Below are positions 29,121 to 39,837 of a stretch of 64,000 bases of DNA, piece by piece; position 1 is the stretch's first letter, and every line of letters starts with the position of its first letter. Origin of the DNA: an uncultured Holophagales bacterium. GTDB taxonomy: Bacteria > Acidobacteriota > Thermoanaerobaculia > Multivoradales > UBA5704. Both the position numbers and the translations under genes were made by a program. The stretch covers positions 64,001-128,000 of the forward strand of contig CAWJGT010000024.1 of assembly GCA_963842525.1 (NCBI GenBank). Direction: 5' to 3'. The notes beneath the pieces were generated by a model. It saw nothing but the letters and a program-made list of their open reading frames with translations. It was not told the origin of the DNA and made no database searches.

Positions 29121-32100
29121 ATGTGCTTCGATCGGCGTTTCTTCACCGCAATTCTGGCCGTGATTTGCCTTGCAGGTCTCGCCTTTGCCGAGAAACCGCC
29201 TTCTCTGCCGCCGCAAGAGTTGATTGACAGGTACCAGGCCGCACGCCGGGAAGGTCGGCCCGAGGCCGCTGCCGAGCTCGTTGCCGATCATCGCTACGTG
29301 GTTGAGTCCCTCGTAACTCTACTTCTCAACAGCGCAGTACAGAGCGAGGCCGAGGGAAATCTTGAGGAGGCTGGCGTTTGGAGGAATTTGGCTCATGGCT
29401 TCGCGGAAGACCACTCCCGGATATTCGGCAGCTCCGTACTGACCCGGCAGGTCAAGATCTACGAAGGATGGAGTATGGAGCAGAAGGGAAAGAAGGTCCA
29501 AGCCCTCCTGATCGGCACCCTTGCCGAGCAAGGGGCTGCGGTCGGCAACTACGAGGCTGCCCTTGCAGGGTGGCACCAGGAGCGAATTCTGCTCCGCGAG
29601 ATCGGCGACCGTTGGGGAGAGGGATCGGCTCTGAGCAACATGATAGCGGTATATTACTACCAGGGCGAGTACTCGGAGGCTCTGCGCCAAGGCGAGGCTG
29701 CCCTGGCAATTGCCCGGGAAATTGGGGACCGCTGGGGCGAAGGAATCATCCTGGGAAACGTCGGCCTGTCCTACACTGAACTCGGCGAGTTCTCCAAAGC
29801 GCTCGAACTTCATCAGCAGGCTCTGGCGATTAAGAGGGACGCGGGCGACCGCGAGGGAGAAGGCATCTCGCTAGCGTCCTTGGGTCAACTCTACAACAAC
29901 ATGGGCCGGTACAAGGAGGCCGTCGAGTTTGACCTCCAAGCCCTGCCGGCTCTGCTGGAGAAGGGAAATCCATTCGCGCGAGGAATCCTGATCTCCAATC
30001 TCGGACTTGTCTATATGAATCTTGGCGATACCGAGAAGGCCCGAGCCTCTCTGGAGGAAGCTCTAGCTCTCCAGAAAGAGAGCGGCGACCGGCGGGGTCG
30101 TTCCGCGACGCTTCTCCATCTCGGTCGACTCGAACAACAGCAGGGGAAGCCCATCGAGGCACGGCAGCACATCGAACAAAGTCTGGCTCTTACCCGGGAG
30201 ATCGGCATCCGTGAGGGCGAGGCGCAGGCGCTACAGCAGTTAGGTAATCTTGAGGCTGGCCAGGGAAGCTCCGTCGAGGCGAAAAAGAGATACACCCAGG
30301 CTCTGGAGATCAGCCAAGCGATCGGCACCCGCGACAGGGAGGCCAGCCTTCTGCTTGACTTAGGTAACATCGCGGAATATGGAGGCTATCGGGAAGCGTT
30401 GGAGCTCTACAACAAGGGCCTCGATACCTACCGTCAACTCGGCAACCGCTCTGGAGAGGGAGACGCTCTCCTCGCTGTGGGTGGTACGTACCTCGACATC
30501 GGCGAAAGCGCGAAGGCGCGGGAGTTTCTCGGTCGTAGCCTTGAGGTACAACGAGCCGTAGGGGACCGCGAGGGGGAGGCTCGTGCCCTCGAGGGTCTGG
30601 GCGTCCTCGAACGCGAATTGGGCCGTGTCCGTGAGGCCGTCGGGCTGCACGAGCAGGCGCTCGCCATTTTCCGTTCCCTTGGGTACCGTGCGGGCGAAGA
30701 GCGGGCGCTGACGAATCTCGGCGTTGCCAACCGGCGGCTCGGTGACTTTGAACGGAGCCTGCGCTTCCACCGCGAGGCCCTGGACATTGCTGGCCAGATT
30801 GGAGACCGCCGTGGTGCCGCCGACGCCCTCGGCAATATTGCAAGCGCTCTTATGCGCCAGGGGCTCTTTGAGGAGGCTCTTGAAGCCGCCCAGCAAAGCC
30901 TGGAGATCTTCCGGTCTGTGGGAGATCGCGAGGGGGAGTCAGGGGCCCTTGCAAATCTTGGCGTCCTTGAGATGTACCGCGGCGCCTACACGCAAGCCAC
31001 GCAACTCCTTCTTGAGGCATTGGCTCTGGCGAAATCCACGGGATCCAACGCTAGTGCTGGGTCTACTCTAGGCAGCCTAGCCCAGCTCTCACACCATCTA
31101 GGCGACTATCCGCGGGCGCTGCGCACGGCGCAGGAAGCCCTTGATGTCTTCCGTCAAACCGGACATGCGGAACGGCAGTCAGACACTTTAAACCTTGTCG
31201 GGTCCCTCCACCACAGGCTCAATCATCCGGAACAGGCGTTGGAGTCCTTTCAAGAAGCGCTAGCACTAGATCGGGCCAGCGGCAACCGACCAGGGGAGGC
31301 CGCCACTTTGATCAATATGGCGGCGATCCACATTGCGGAAGGTCGGCGGGATGAGGCCCTCAAGCACCTATACGCGAGCTTGGAGATCGCACACGATTTG
31401 AGTCTCCCTCGGGAGGAAGGAACCGCCCGCAACTCGATAGCGGATATCCACTTTGAGCAGGGACATATCCAGCAGTCGTTCGAAGAGGCATCCAAGGCTT
31501 TGAGCCTTGCCCGTCAACTCGGAGGAAGCGAGGACATCTGGAGAAGTATGGTTCGGGTCGGGCGTTGTCTTGAGAGGCTCGGTCGGATCTCGGAGGCTCT
31601 GGACTACTACCGTCAAGCCGTAGCCGCGATCGAGACTCTGCGCGGAAATGTGCGTGCGGAGCGCGAGAGGACATGGTTTTTCGTCTCCCGGGCTTATGCA
31701 TACCGGTTCCTTGTGAGCCTACTCATTGCCCAGCATGAGGCCGACCCGTCGAAGGGGTACGGCCGCGAGGCCTTCCGCTACGTCCAGTTGGCGAAGTCCC
31801 GCGCCCTACGCGATCTGCTGGAAGGCACCAGCGCCAGCATGAGCACGGGCGTGCCCCCCTCCATGTTGGAACGCAAACGCGAGCTTGGGCTTAGAATCAC
31901 AGCCCTTTGAATCAGAGATGCGGCGGAAATCTGTGGACGCTCTGGAATCCCAGGACTCCGAGACCCTTCGGCACCTTCGTTCGGAAATCGACGAGTTCCG
32001 CCGCGAGGAGGTCCGCTTACTTGAAGAGATTGCCCGTCAGTACCCAGACTACGCCGCCCTCACCCAGCCACAACCGGTCACGATCGAGTCGCTGCAACGT

Positions 32101-33282
32101 GACGTGCTGCACCCTCGAGAGCTATTGGTTGAATATTTTTTGACGCCCAATCGGGTGGCGATCTTTGCCATCAGCCATGACCGCTTCGTCGCGGCATCGT
32201 TTCAAGCGCCGGTCGAGGCAACTCTGCTCCCCGTCCTGATGCTGCGCGACTCCATTACTCACCCCGAAGACTGGCATCCGGAGCTAGAGCACGACCTATA
32301 TGGCCGACTGCTCCGGCCTATCGAGGCCCAACTTGCAGAAAAGGAGACTGTCTATGTTGCGCCTGATGGCGTTCTACACTACCTGCCCTGGGAGATCCTG
32401 AGTCTTGGTGAAAAGCCAGGGTTGCTTCTCGACGCATCGTTTTCAGTGTCTTATGTCCCTTCAGCCTCCGTGCTTGAGAGCATCCGCAAGCGAAAAAAAC
32501 CGCGAGACCGGTTCGATGATCTTCGACGTCCGCTACTGGTTTTCGGTGATCCTATAGTGCCGCCTGCGGGAGACCGGAGCATACCTCTCGGCTCTGGTGA
32601 AGCTCTCCTGGATCTCTTGGGTGAAAAAGGGCCGTGCTCCGACCTCCTCTTCTCTCCCCTCCGTTACGCCGAGGCAGAGGCGCGGGCTCTTGCCGGGCTC
32701 TACGGTTTGGACCCTGCGGGTCCGGAGGTAAACTTACGGGAGCGCGCCACCGAAGCTCGCCTCCGAGCTCTCGATCTCAAGAAATATCGCTATCTCCATT
32801 TTGCTACTCATGGAATCCTCTGCGACGAGGGCGAGGAGAGTTGGCTTCAGTCTTCCCTCCTCTTCTCGCTGTCCCGGACCGGAGTGCTGGACCGGTCTCC
32901 GGACGACGACGGCGTCCTCCAAGTCGAAGAGATCTTCGGCCTCTCGCTCGACGCTGACCTAGTGACCTTGTCGGCCTGCCAGACAGGCCTGGGTTCCGAT
33001 GTCGCCGGGGAAGGACTCGTTGGGCTTGCGCGGTCCTTTCTTTATGCTGGTACCCCCTCGGTGCTGGTGAGCCTCTGGAGCGTGGACGATCAGTCCACTT
33101 CTCTGTTCATGAAGCACTTCTATCGCAGCTTGGAACGTGGCCTCACCAAGGGCGCTGCTTTACGCGAGACTAAACGCTGGATGCGCGATGAGTCCTACGA
33201 TGTGGATCAATACGGCAATCTGATCCGACACGACCATCCCTTCTTCTGGGCGCCGTTCATTCTGATCGGGGATCAGGATTGA
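29121..33282 (+). CDS. Exported TPR-CHAT (caspase-like) protease, about 1386 aa; apparent split at 31906 caused by one extra T
   Basis: Signal peptide, about 20 TPRs (GDRxGE repeats), catalytic HFATHG and LSACQTG, SLWSVDD, HPFFWAPF; removing one T from CCCTTTGAA joins ORFs 29082..31910 and 31885..33282. Confidence 0.88.
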
Positions 33283-33304
33283 GCGCGAGAGGAGGCTCTT
33301 TCCG

Positions 33305-34552
33305 ATGCGCTACTTAAGCCTGGTCAGCCCTCTGTTCTTGAGCCTGAACCTTCTTGTGCTTACGGAGCCGGCACCCACCTTGGCGGAGATCGAGGAGCTA
33401 CGCTTTGCCCCTCCGATTCCGCAGCCGGGCTCTATGCTAAGCCTTCGGATCGCCCTGCGACCCAGGGCCGGAGGGGTCTCGCCCCTTGTCGAGGTCCGGT
33501 TGGTCACCTGGACGGATCTCGACAACGACTGTACTTACGGCTCTCCAGGTGAACGGCAGTCCCAGGCGCCCCTGACCATACGAGACAACGAGACAGGCGA
33601 TCGGGAACCAGCGCCGAACGAGATCCTGATCGATATACAAAAGGTGCCCGCGGTCCGACCGCCGAACAAGTATACTGGCATCGTGAGCACTGGGTCGCAC
33701 TCCAGATCAACCTCAATCGTTCTGCCTTCTGCGGCCGGCTCCGGCTGCTCCCCCGGCCGAGGCTCCGCCCTGACGAAGCTGGCAGGCCCTGCACGGGTCT
33801 CCTTGGCGGCTCTACAAAAGCTGGGCGGGCTCAGGAGCATCTTCGCCAAGAGGAGTCCGGGGGATGTGGAAGGGGAACACAATCTCTACATCTGTGACCT
33901 GCGGACCAAGCGACTTTCGAAGGTTGCGGGAGCGACGACCGGCGTGCTGGCGGAGCCGAGTTGGTCACCAGACGGCGGTCGCCTTGCCATGACCCTCGAT
34001 CAGGGAGGAGAGCGGGTTCTCATCCAAGTTCCTCGCGGTGGTGGCCAGGCCGTCCGCCTGACCGGAGGACCGGACGACCGGCAGCCCCACTGGCTGCCGG
34101 ACGGCCGACGTCTCCTCTTTCTCCGTGGCTCTCGGCTCTACGTCATCGACACGGCCGACGGGAAGATGATTCCGCTGGCCGTGAGTTCCCGGGTAGACCG
34201 GGTGCTGGCGGTCACTGCCGAGAAGGATGGTGGTTTTGCGATCGTCTACGAGGCTCCGGACCCGGAGATCCCCATCGACCCGACGCAGGACTTCTTCCTT
34301 TTACAGCTGTCAGCACAATTGGAGCCCCGGGGAGAAGCCCTGCACCTGGCCCATGGTCCGGCTTGGCTCCTACTGGGACAGATCTCCCCCGTGGGCGACC
34401 GTATCGCCCTCATCAGGCGTAATCAGCTTTATCTCGCCTCGCTTCCAGAAGGCGAGACAACCCTCCTCACCGACGATAGCTACATTTATAAGGACCCCGT
34501 CTGGTCGCCGGATGGAATGTCGATCGCTGTTCTTTCCAGTCGTCCAGAATGA
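33305..34552 (+). CDS. Exported protein with N-terminal beta domain and C-terminal TolB/PD40 beta-propeller
   Basis: Signal peptide; PSWSPDG, PHWLPDG and PVWSPDG repeats. Confidence 0.8.
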   Translation: MRYLSLVSPLFLSLNLLVLTEPAPTLAEIEELRFAPPIPQPGSMLSLRIALRPRAGGVSPLVEVRLVTWTDLDNDCTYGSPGERQSQAPLTIRDNETGDREPAPNEILIDIQKVPAVRPPNKYTGIVSTGSHSRSTSIVLPSAAGSGCSPGRGSALTKLAGPARVSLAALQKLGGLRSIFAKRSPGDVEGEHNLYICDLRTKRLSKVAGATTGVLAEPSWSPDGGRLAMTLDQGGERVLIQVPRGGGQAVRLTGGPDDRQPHWLPDGRRLLFLRGSRLYVIDTADGKMIPLAVSSRVDRVLAVTAEKDGGFAIVYEAPDPEIPIDPTQDFFLLQLSAQLEPRGEALHLAHGPAWLLLGQISPVGDRIALIRRNQLYLASLPEGETTLLTDDSYIYKDPVWSPDGMSIAVLSSRPE

Positions 34553-35487
34553 GGCGTGGCGAGGCAAGGATGCGCCCGAGGAACGCAGGACCTCCAGTGA
34601 AGAACGGGGTTCTCGACCTTCTCAAGGACCTAGCGACCATCGCTGGCGCTGGCGCTGTTCTACTGACGGCTGAGGGTTTTCTCGTCCTGCGCGCTCATGC
34701 CGCTGTCCTTGGACTCTCGAGCGTGCTGCACCATTCCGTTGCGGAGTATGCCGACGAAGGGGGAGCCTTTCTGCTAACTACGCTGCTCTGGGCGATTCCT
34801 TCCCTGGCCCTCAGCTACCCGCTGTTCTGGATAGGTACTGGCCTCATGGCCTTCTTCTTCTATCTCCAACGCAAGCCCACCCTGTGGCGTCGACTCCTGG
34901 GCTGGTTAACTTTAAACAGGAGAGTGAAGGAAGCCTGGCTACAGTTCCTTCTCGTGATCGCGTCAGCTCTGCTGGCCAGCTATGCAATCGCGCGTCTCCT
35001 GCCTTCCCCACAGGCGGAGGATCTGCTGTTCGCCACCGGCAATCAGGGAGAAATCGAGCTGCGGGCGACCGAGGAGGGGATGTTGCTGCTCGAAACGGAT
35101 TACCTCGGCGGGCTGTTGACCGCACTCCTGTCCGGTATTCTCATTTTCTTTGCCTGGAAGTCTCTGTCTCCGCGCTCCGGAGGCCTCGCCACCCCTGGCC
35201 GTCTACTCCTAGTCACTCTAGTGCTCGTACAAGCCCTTCTCCTCCCTGTCCGCTACGGTCAGACGGTCTACTCCAACGCTTTCCACAGGGTCGACCGGTT
35301 GGTGGTGACGACGGAAGTACAGGCGAAGCTGCCGCAGTCAGATCAGGTTTGGCTTCTCAGCCGAAGTTCCGACCACTTCGTATTCTACTTCCGCGATTCA
35401 TACAGCGTTTCGCTAATCGGGAAGGACTCCGTTCTTGAGCTCGCTCTCGCTGAGCGGCGGAACGTCTTCGCACCGGCTGCTCCGTGA
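34549..35487 (+). CDS. Multi-pass membrane protein of unknown function
   Basis: Five to six hydrophobic segments; ATGA overlap with the upstream gene. Confidence 0.7.
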   Translation: MRRGEARMRPRNAGPPVKNGVLDLLKDLATIAGAGAVLLTAEGFLVLRAHAAVLGLSSVLHHSVAEYADEGGAFLLTTLLWAIPSLALSYPLFWIGTGLMAFFFYLQRKPTLWRRLLGWLTLNRRVKEAWLQFLLVIASALLASYAIARLLPSPQAEDLLFATGNQGEIELRATEEGMLLLETDYLGGLLTALLSGILIFFAWKSLSPRSGGLATPGRLLLVTLVLVQALLLPVRYGQTVYSNAFHRVDRLVVTTEVQAKLPQSDQVWLLSRSSDHFVFYFRDSYSVSLIGKDSVLELALAERRNVFAPAAP

Positions 35488-35554
35488 GAGCGGAACGAAT
35501 CCATAATGAGGTGGTGTTCTCGTGGGCTGCCTACAAAAGCTTAGAGTTCGTCAT

Positions 35555-35902
35555 CTACAGCAGCCGCCCCAGCGGTCCCAGGTCCAGGTTCAGGTCGTCG
35601 GGGTCGAGGTCGAACCGGCTGGCGAGCTCGCGGACGGTCTCTTCGAGGCGCATGAGGGCGAGGCCAACAGACTCGGTTTCCTCGGGGGTGAGGGTCTCGG
35701 CGTCCATGCGGCGGATCGCCTGCCGCTCCATCAGCTTGCGCAGGAACTCGACCAGGGTCAGGACCAGGCGGGCGACCGAGCGCTGGACGTCCTCGGGATC
35801 GGCATTCCAGCGCGGCGCCTCGGCCGCGGTCCGGCGCTCCAGCTCCTCGCGGAGCGCCTCCAGCTCCTCGATTTCCAGGCGGACGACGTCACGCGTGCTC
35901 AT
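35555..35902 (-). CDS. gvpK: Gas vesicle protein GvpK
   Basis: LVLTLVEFLRKLMERQAIRRM...DLNLDLGPLGRLL. Confidence 0.92.
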   Translation of the reverse strand: MSTRDVVRLEIEELEALREELERRTAAEAPRWNADPEDVQRSVARLVLTLVEFLRKLMERQAIRRMDAETLTPEETESVGLALMRLEETVRELASRFDLDPDDLNLDLGPLGRLL

Positions 35903-36577
35903 CGGGCGAGATCCGGCGCGAAGGCGTAGGGCGGGAAGGGACCCCTGGCGGCGATGCGGAAGCCGCCGAGCCGAGGTGCGATTTCGGCGACGAGGCGGGC
36001 GTACTCTCCGGAGTCGGCACGGCCGATCAGGTCGTAGGCGAACCCCACGAGAACGCCATGCCCAAGGGACCGCTCGACCCGCTCGGCCCGGAGCAGCGGC
36101 CGGAGAGCCTCCCGCAAGGGCGCGATCTCGGGCAGGGAGAGGGCCCTGCGGCGTTCTTCGAGGTAGCGGGTTCCCGCGCCCGCAGATCCGGCAGCCCTTT
36201 GTGTCCTTTCCATCCTTTCAGCCGCCTCGCCGAACACCTGCAAGGTCATCTGCACGCACCCTTCCACCCGGGCGAGGGCCTTCACGAAGCCCTTCTCCCG
36301 GTCGGCCAGCCAGGACACCAGGGAGCGTTCGTCCGGCAGCGACTGGCCGAAGCGGACAGGGAGGATGGCGGAGACGAGCTTCGCCATCCGGCGGACCGTG
36401 ACATCGTGAGCGGAGAGCGCATCGGCGCTCACCTCAGGCAGGACGGAGAGCTTCTCCCACGACTGCCAGCACCTCGCCCCCGCGCATCAGCCGCAAGGGC
36501 TCTCCGGCGAGCCCGGCGCCGAGGTCACTTTCCGGTTCGGTCCCGATCAGCGCATACAGATAGATCAGGTCGGTCAC
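35899..36577 (-). CDS. gvpL: GvpL/GvpF-family protein; frameshifted in the 5' region (36450-36520)
   Basis: N-terminus MTDLIYLYAL from GTG 36577, coupled to the upstream stop; ILPVRFG and GPFPPYAF motifs. Confidence 0.8.
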
Positions 36578-36780
36578 TGCTCCGGCTCCCGCGGCAGCAC
36601 GCGGTCCGCCGCGCAGAGGATGGCCGAGAGGCGGAGATAGATGAGGTCCACTCCGGCCAGGCCCAGGATCACCTCGCCGTGCACGACCACCCCCTGGTTG
36701 AGCAGGTTGTCGACGAGGTCGAGCAGCGAGCCGTCCGCTCCGTCGACAATCTCGACGAGGTCGCCGCCGGGGCGTGTCAT
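36574..36780 (-). CDS. Small GvpA/J/S-family gas vesicle protein
   Basis: SLLDLVDNLLNQGVVVHGEVILGLAGVDLIYLRLSA. Confidence 0.85.
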   Translation of the reverse strand: MTRPGGDLVEIVDGADGSLLDLVDNLLNQGVVVHGEVILGLAGVDLIYLRLSAILCAADRVLPREPEQ

Positions 36781-37568
36781 GCGGGCTCTCCGACGAAGTT
36801 GTAGGGAGGCCAGGGTCCCGTGAGGGTGACCTCGCAGGCCCGGCCGGCGAGCTCGTCGGACCAGCGCTGGACCGCTGCCTCGAACGCCTCGGACCCTTCC
36901 CTGGGCACCAGGAAGGCGGCGTCGAGCAGCAGCCGCGACGTCGCTTCCCCGGGTGGCTCGCGCCGCCGCGCCTCGGCTGCGCCTTCCGCCAACTCCTCGA
37001 AGGCGCGCTCCACCTCGGCGCGCACCCGGGCCGCCAGGGTACGTACGCCTTCCTGCTCGGCCTTCTTGCGCTGGAGGAAGCCGGTGCCCGTGGCGGCAGG
37101 GCTCTCCTGCGCCGCCGTCTCGGTTGCAGCGCGCCGGGCCCGCGCCTCGTCGAAGAGGATGCGGACCCCCCACTCCACGCGGCCGGCGATCCGTTCCAGG
37201 ATGCGCTCGATCTCCGGCCGCCGTTGCCGCAGGTCGGCGAGCGCCCGCTCCTCGCCGGTGAACAGGGTGAAGAGCTTCATGGGGAGGACCGTGCCGTGCG
37301 CCGCGCAGTGCTCCACCACCTGCTCGTGGGCCATGGCGCGGTCCGAGACCCAGGAGAGGTCCGAGAGGCGCTGCTCGATCTCCTCGCTCCCGTACTCCGG
37401 CAGCGGGGCGTCGGCCATCACCACCCAGAGCCCAGCTTCGACGCCGTCGAGAGGCCGGGCGCGCGGCGGCGAGGTGCCCGGCAGACCGGCCGGCTCTCCG
37501 GACGAACCGGAGAGCGGCGGCTCTCCCGGGCTCTGCACGACGCAATAGACATACGTTGCGGAGCTCAT
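36777..37568 (-). CDS. gvpL: GvpL/GvpF-family protein
   Basis: YVYCVV, AHEQVV, VLPMKL, EWGVR, LLLDAAFLV, TGPWPPYNF; true start 37568. Confidence 0.88.
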   Translation of the reverse strand: MSSATYVYCVVQSPGEPPLSGSSGEPAGLPGTSPPRARPLDGVEAGLWVVMADAPLPEYGSEEIEQRLSDLSWVSDRAMAHEQVVEHCAAHGTVLPMKLFTLFTGEERALADLRQRRPEIERILERIAGRVEWGVRILFDEARARRAATETAAQESPAATGTGFLQRKKAEQEGVRTLAARVRAEVERAFEELAEGAAEARRREPPGEATSRLLLDAAFLVPREGSEAFEAAVQRWSDELAGRACEVTLTGPWPPYNFVGEPA

Positions 37569-39550
37569 TCCGATCTCTTCTTCCAGGTGCGGGCCCACTC
37601 GGCCAGGCCGCCGGCCCCGCGGGGCGGCGGGAACACGGCAGGAGCGAGGATGATATCGCACCGGTTGCTCTTCCCCTCGCGTTGACAGTCCTTCTCCAGC
37701 CACTGGATGTGCCGCTCTTCCGACTCCCTGGCGCGCCGGCAGACGGAGCACCCCGGCGGCGTGACGGCATCGATGATCACCGACGGGAGCCGAGAGGCCC
37801 AGTCCCTCCACGGCTTCGAGCAGGCGGACGGTCTCCCGGCGGGGGAGCTGGCCGCTCGGGTCACCGTGATGAACCTGGTCTGGTCCGGATCGCGCAGCAC
37901 CTCGCCGAGCTGCCGCAGCCTCTTGGACAGCTCCAGCAGCTCGGTGGCCAGGCGGCCCAGGCCCAGGGCCTCCCGGTATTTGAGGAGCAGCGAGAGCAGG
38001 GTGTGCACCCACTCCATCATCAGCTCCGGCATCTCGAGGAGCTGCAGGGCGTGTCCGGTCGGAGCGGTGTCCACGACGATCAGGTCGTAGGGAGGGCGGT
38101 CCGCGGTCCCGAAAAGGGCGTCGATCAGGGCGGAGACGGCGGACATCTCGGCCAGCCCGGGCGGAGCGAGCTGGAGGATCTCCCGGAAATCTTCGGCCTC
38201 CACGCCGGAGCCCGCCTCGGCAAGACTGCCGATCTCCTCCGCGAGGGCCGGCCCATGGCGCCAATACCGCTGGCGCCACTCCTCGAAGGTCCGCGCCGGG
38301 TCCAGCTCGCGGACCCGCAGCCCCGGCGGACCCTGGGGGACCGGCCGTTCGTCGTCCCCCAGGGGGATCTCCAGGAGGTCGGCCAGCGAGTGCGCCGGAT
38401 CGGTGGAGAGAAGCAGCATCCGGCTCGCGGGCCGGCGAGCGGACAAGGCGAGGGTCGCGGCCGTGGCACATGTGGTCTTGCCGACCCCACCTTTGCCGCC
38501 GAAGAAGAGGAGCCGCGGGCTCGGGGGCAGGATCGCGTTGAGGCCCGCGGGCTGCCCCTGGGATCGTCTCTTCCGCCGTCCATGCGCGCGAGAATCCTTC
38601 AGCTCCGGCCCTTCGTCCATCGCCCGTCCGCCCCTCGCCAGCTCCCGTGCGATCTCCCGCAAGGCCGGGAGCCGGCGGGGCTCCTCTTCGCGAGCGCCCA
38701 GGAAGTGGATCACCCAGCCGGGGAAATACCCCTGCAGCTCTTCGATCACCTCCCTTTCGGCGCGGCGCTTGGCTTCGCAGAGAAGGCAGGGCGCGTCCGG
38801 CGGCGGAGTGACCCGGTTGACGATCAGCTCGCGCACGGGGAGCCCGGCCTCCTCCAGCGTCCCCACGCCGTCCCGGGTCTCGGCGAGGGCCAGCGCCTCG
38901 GGCAGCAGGACCCAGCGGATGCGGGCGCGCGCCGGATCGCGCAGGATCGTCTGGATGTCCGCCGCCTGTCCGGAGATCTCCTCGATCAGCGCGTCGGCGC
39001 CGTCGGGCACGTGGCCGCGGCCGAAGCGGTCGGCGAGGAGGCGGTGCTTGGACTGGAAACGGTCGAGGGCTCCGGCGAAACGGCGCAGCTCGCCGGGCAT
39101 CGCGAGAAGGCGCACGGTGTGGGCCGTCGGCGCCGTGTCCACCACTACCTCTTCGCAGGCGGACTCGCGGGCCAGCCGCAGCAGCTCGATCAGGCTGATC
39201 AGCTCGTCGACGCCGGGGAGGGAGAGGTCCAGGATCCGCTCGACGTCCTCGTGGTCCAGGAACGTGCCCCGTTCCACGAGCTGCTCGAGATTGGAGCGGC
39301 GCGCGCCGAGCCAGCGCTCGAGGGCCTGGCCGGCGTCGAGCTCGGCCGCCAGCAGCTCGCCGCTGCGCGTCTCCACCCGGGAAGGCTCGGCGCCCAGGCG
39401 CGTCCCGAGGGCGTCGCCCAGCGAATGGGCTGGATCGGTGGAAACCACCAGCACGCGCGTGCCCGCCTCGGCGAGGCCCACGGCCACGGCGGCGGCGCAG
39501 GTCGTCTTGCCCACGCCCCCCTTGCCGGCGAAGAGCTGGAAGCTGGCTAC
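37565..39550 (-). CDS. ArsA/Get3-family tandem-duplicated ATPase; start codon unclear; short compensating frameshifts near 37800-37850
   Basis: Two GKGGVGKTT, STDPAHSL and DTAPT(A/G)H sets, and a CxxC in each half (CLLC, CSVC); the first P-loop begins upstream of the ORF-track start at 39514. Confidence 0.85.
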   Translation of the reverse strand, partial: VASFQLFAGKGGVGKTTCAAAVAVGLAEAGTRVLVVSTDPAHSLGDALGTRLGAEPSRVETRSGELLAAELDAGQALERWLGARRSNLEQLVERGTFLDHEDVERILDLSLPGVDELISLIELLRLARESACEEVVVDTAPTAHTVRLLAMPGELRRFAGALDRFQSKHRLLADRFGRGHVPDGADALIEEISGQAADIQTILRDPARARIRWVLLPEALALAETRDGVGTLEEAGLPVRELIVNRVTPPPDAPCLLCEAKRRAEREVIEELQGYFPGWVIHFLGAREEEPRRLPALREIARELARGGRAMDEGPELKDSRAHGRRKRRSQGQPAGLNAILPPSPRLLFFGGKGGVGKTTCATAATLALSARRPASRMLLLSTDPAHSLADLLEIPLGDDERPVPQGPPGLRVRELDPARTFEEWRQRYWRHGPALAEEIGSLAEAGSGVEAEDFREILQLAPPGLAEMSAVSALIDALFGTADRPPYDLIVVDTAPTGHALQLLEMPELMMEWVHTLLSLLLKYREALGLGRLATELLELSKRLRQLGEVLRDPDQTRFITVTRAASSPAGRPSACSKPWRDWASRLPSVIIDAVTPPGCSVCRRARESEERHIQWLEKDCQREGKSNRCDIILAPAVFPPPRGAGGLAEWARTWKKRSE

Positions 39551-39837
39551 TCGTCCCCCCCGAACGTCACATCGACCCCCATCCGGCCCGCGTCAAACTC
39601 CATGGCGCCGGCCGGACCCTCCCGCTCCTCGCGGATCTCGCGCAGGCGCGCCAGGATGTCCGCCTCCAGGCCGGCGAATTCTTCCTCGTCCATCTCGCCC
39701 AGCTCGAGCTGCATCTGGGCGGCGAGCAGATCCTGCCGCAGGGAGGACTCGTCGTTCATCTCCTGGTCGACCGCGGTCGCGACCTTGTCGAGCACGAACC
39801 GGAGACCACCGATGAAGAGACTGTCCAGGATGATCAT
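39547..39837 (-). CDS. gvpG: Gas vesicle protein GvpG
   Basis: Short acidic helical protein with LELGEMDEEEF...E.DIL.RL; ATGA overlap with the upstream gene. Confidence 0.8.
   Translation of the reverse strand: MIILDSLFIGGLRFVLDKVATAVDQEMNDESSLRQDLLAAQMQLELGEMDEEEFAGLEADILARLREIREEREGPAGAMEFDAGRMGVDVTFGGDE

Noticed and set aside
29082-33282. Split TPR and CHAT genes or programmed frameshift
   Set aside because: A single extra T in CCCTTTGAA rejoins the two ORFs; same +1 pattern as many other genes in the window
37565-39550. Arsenic-resistance operon
   Set aside because: No arsB/acr3/arsC/arsD/arsR nearby; the gene is embedded within gvp genes and carries Get3-type CxxC motifs
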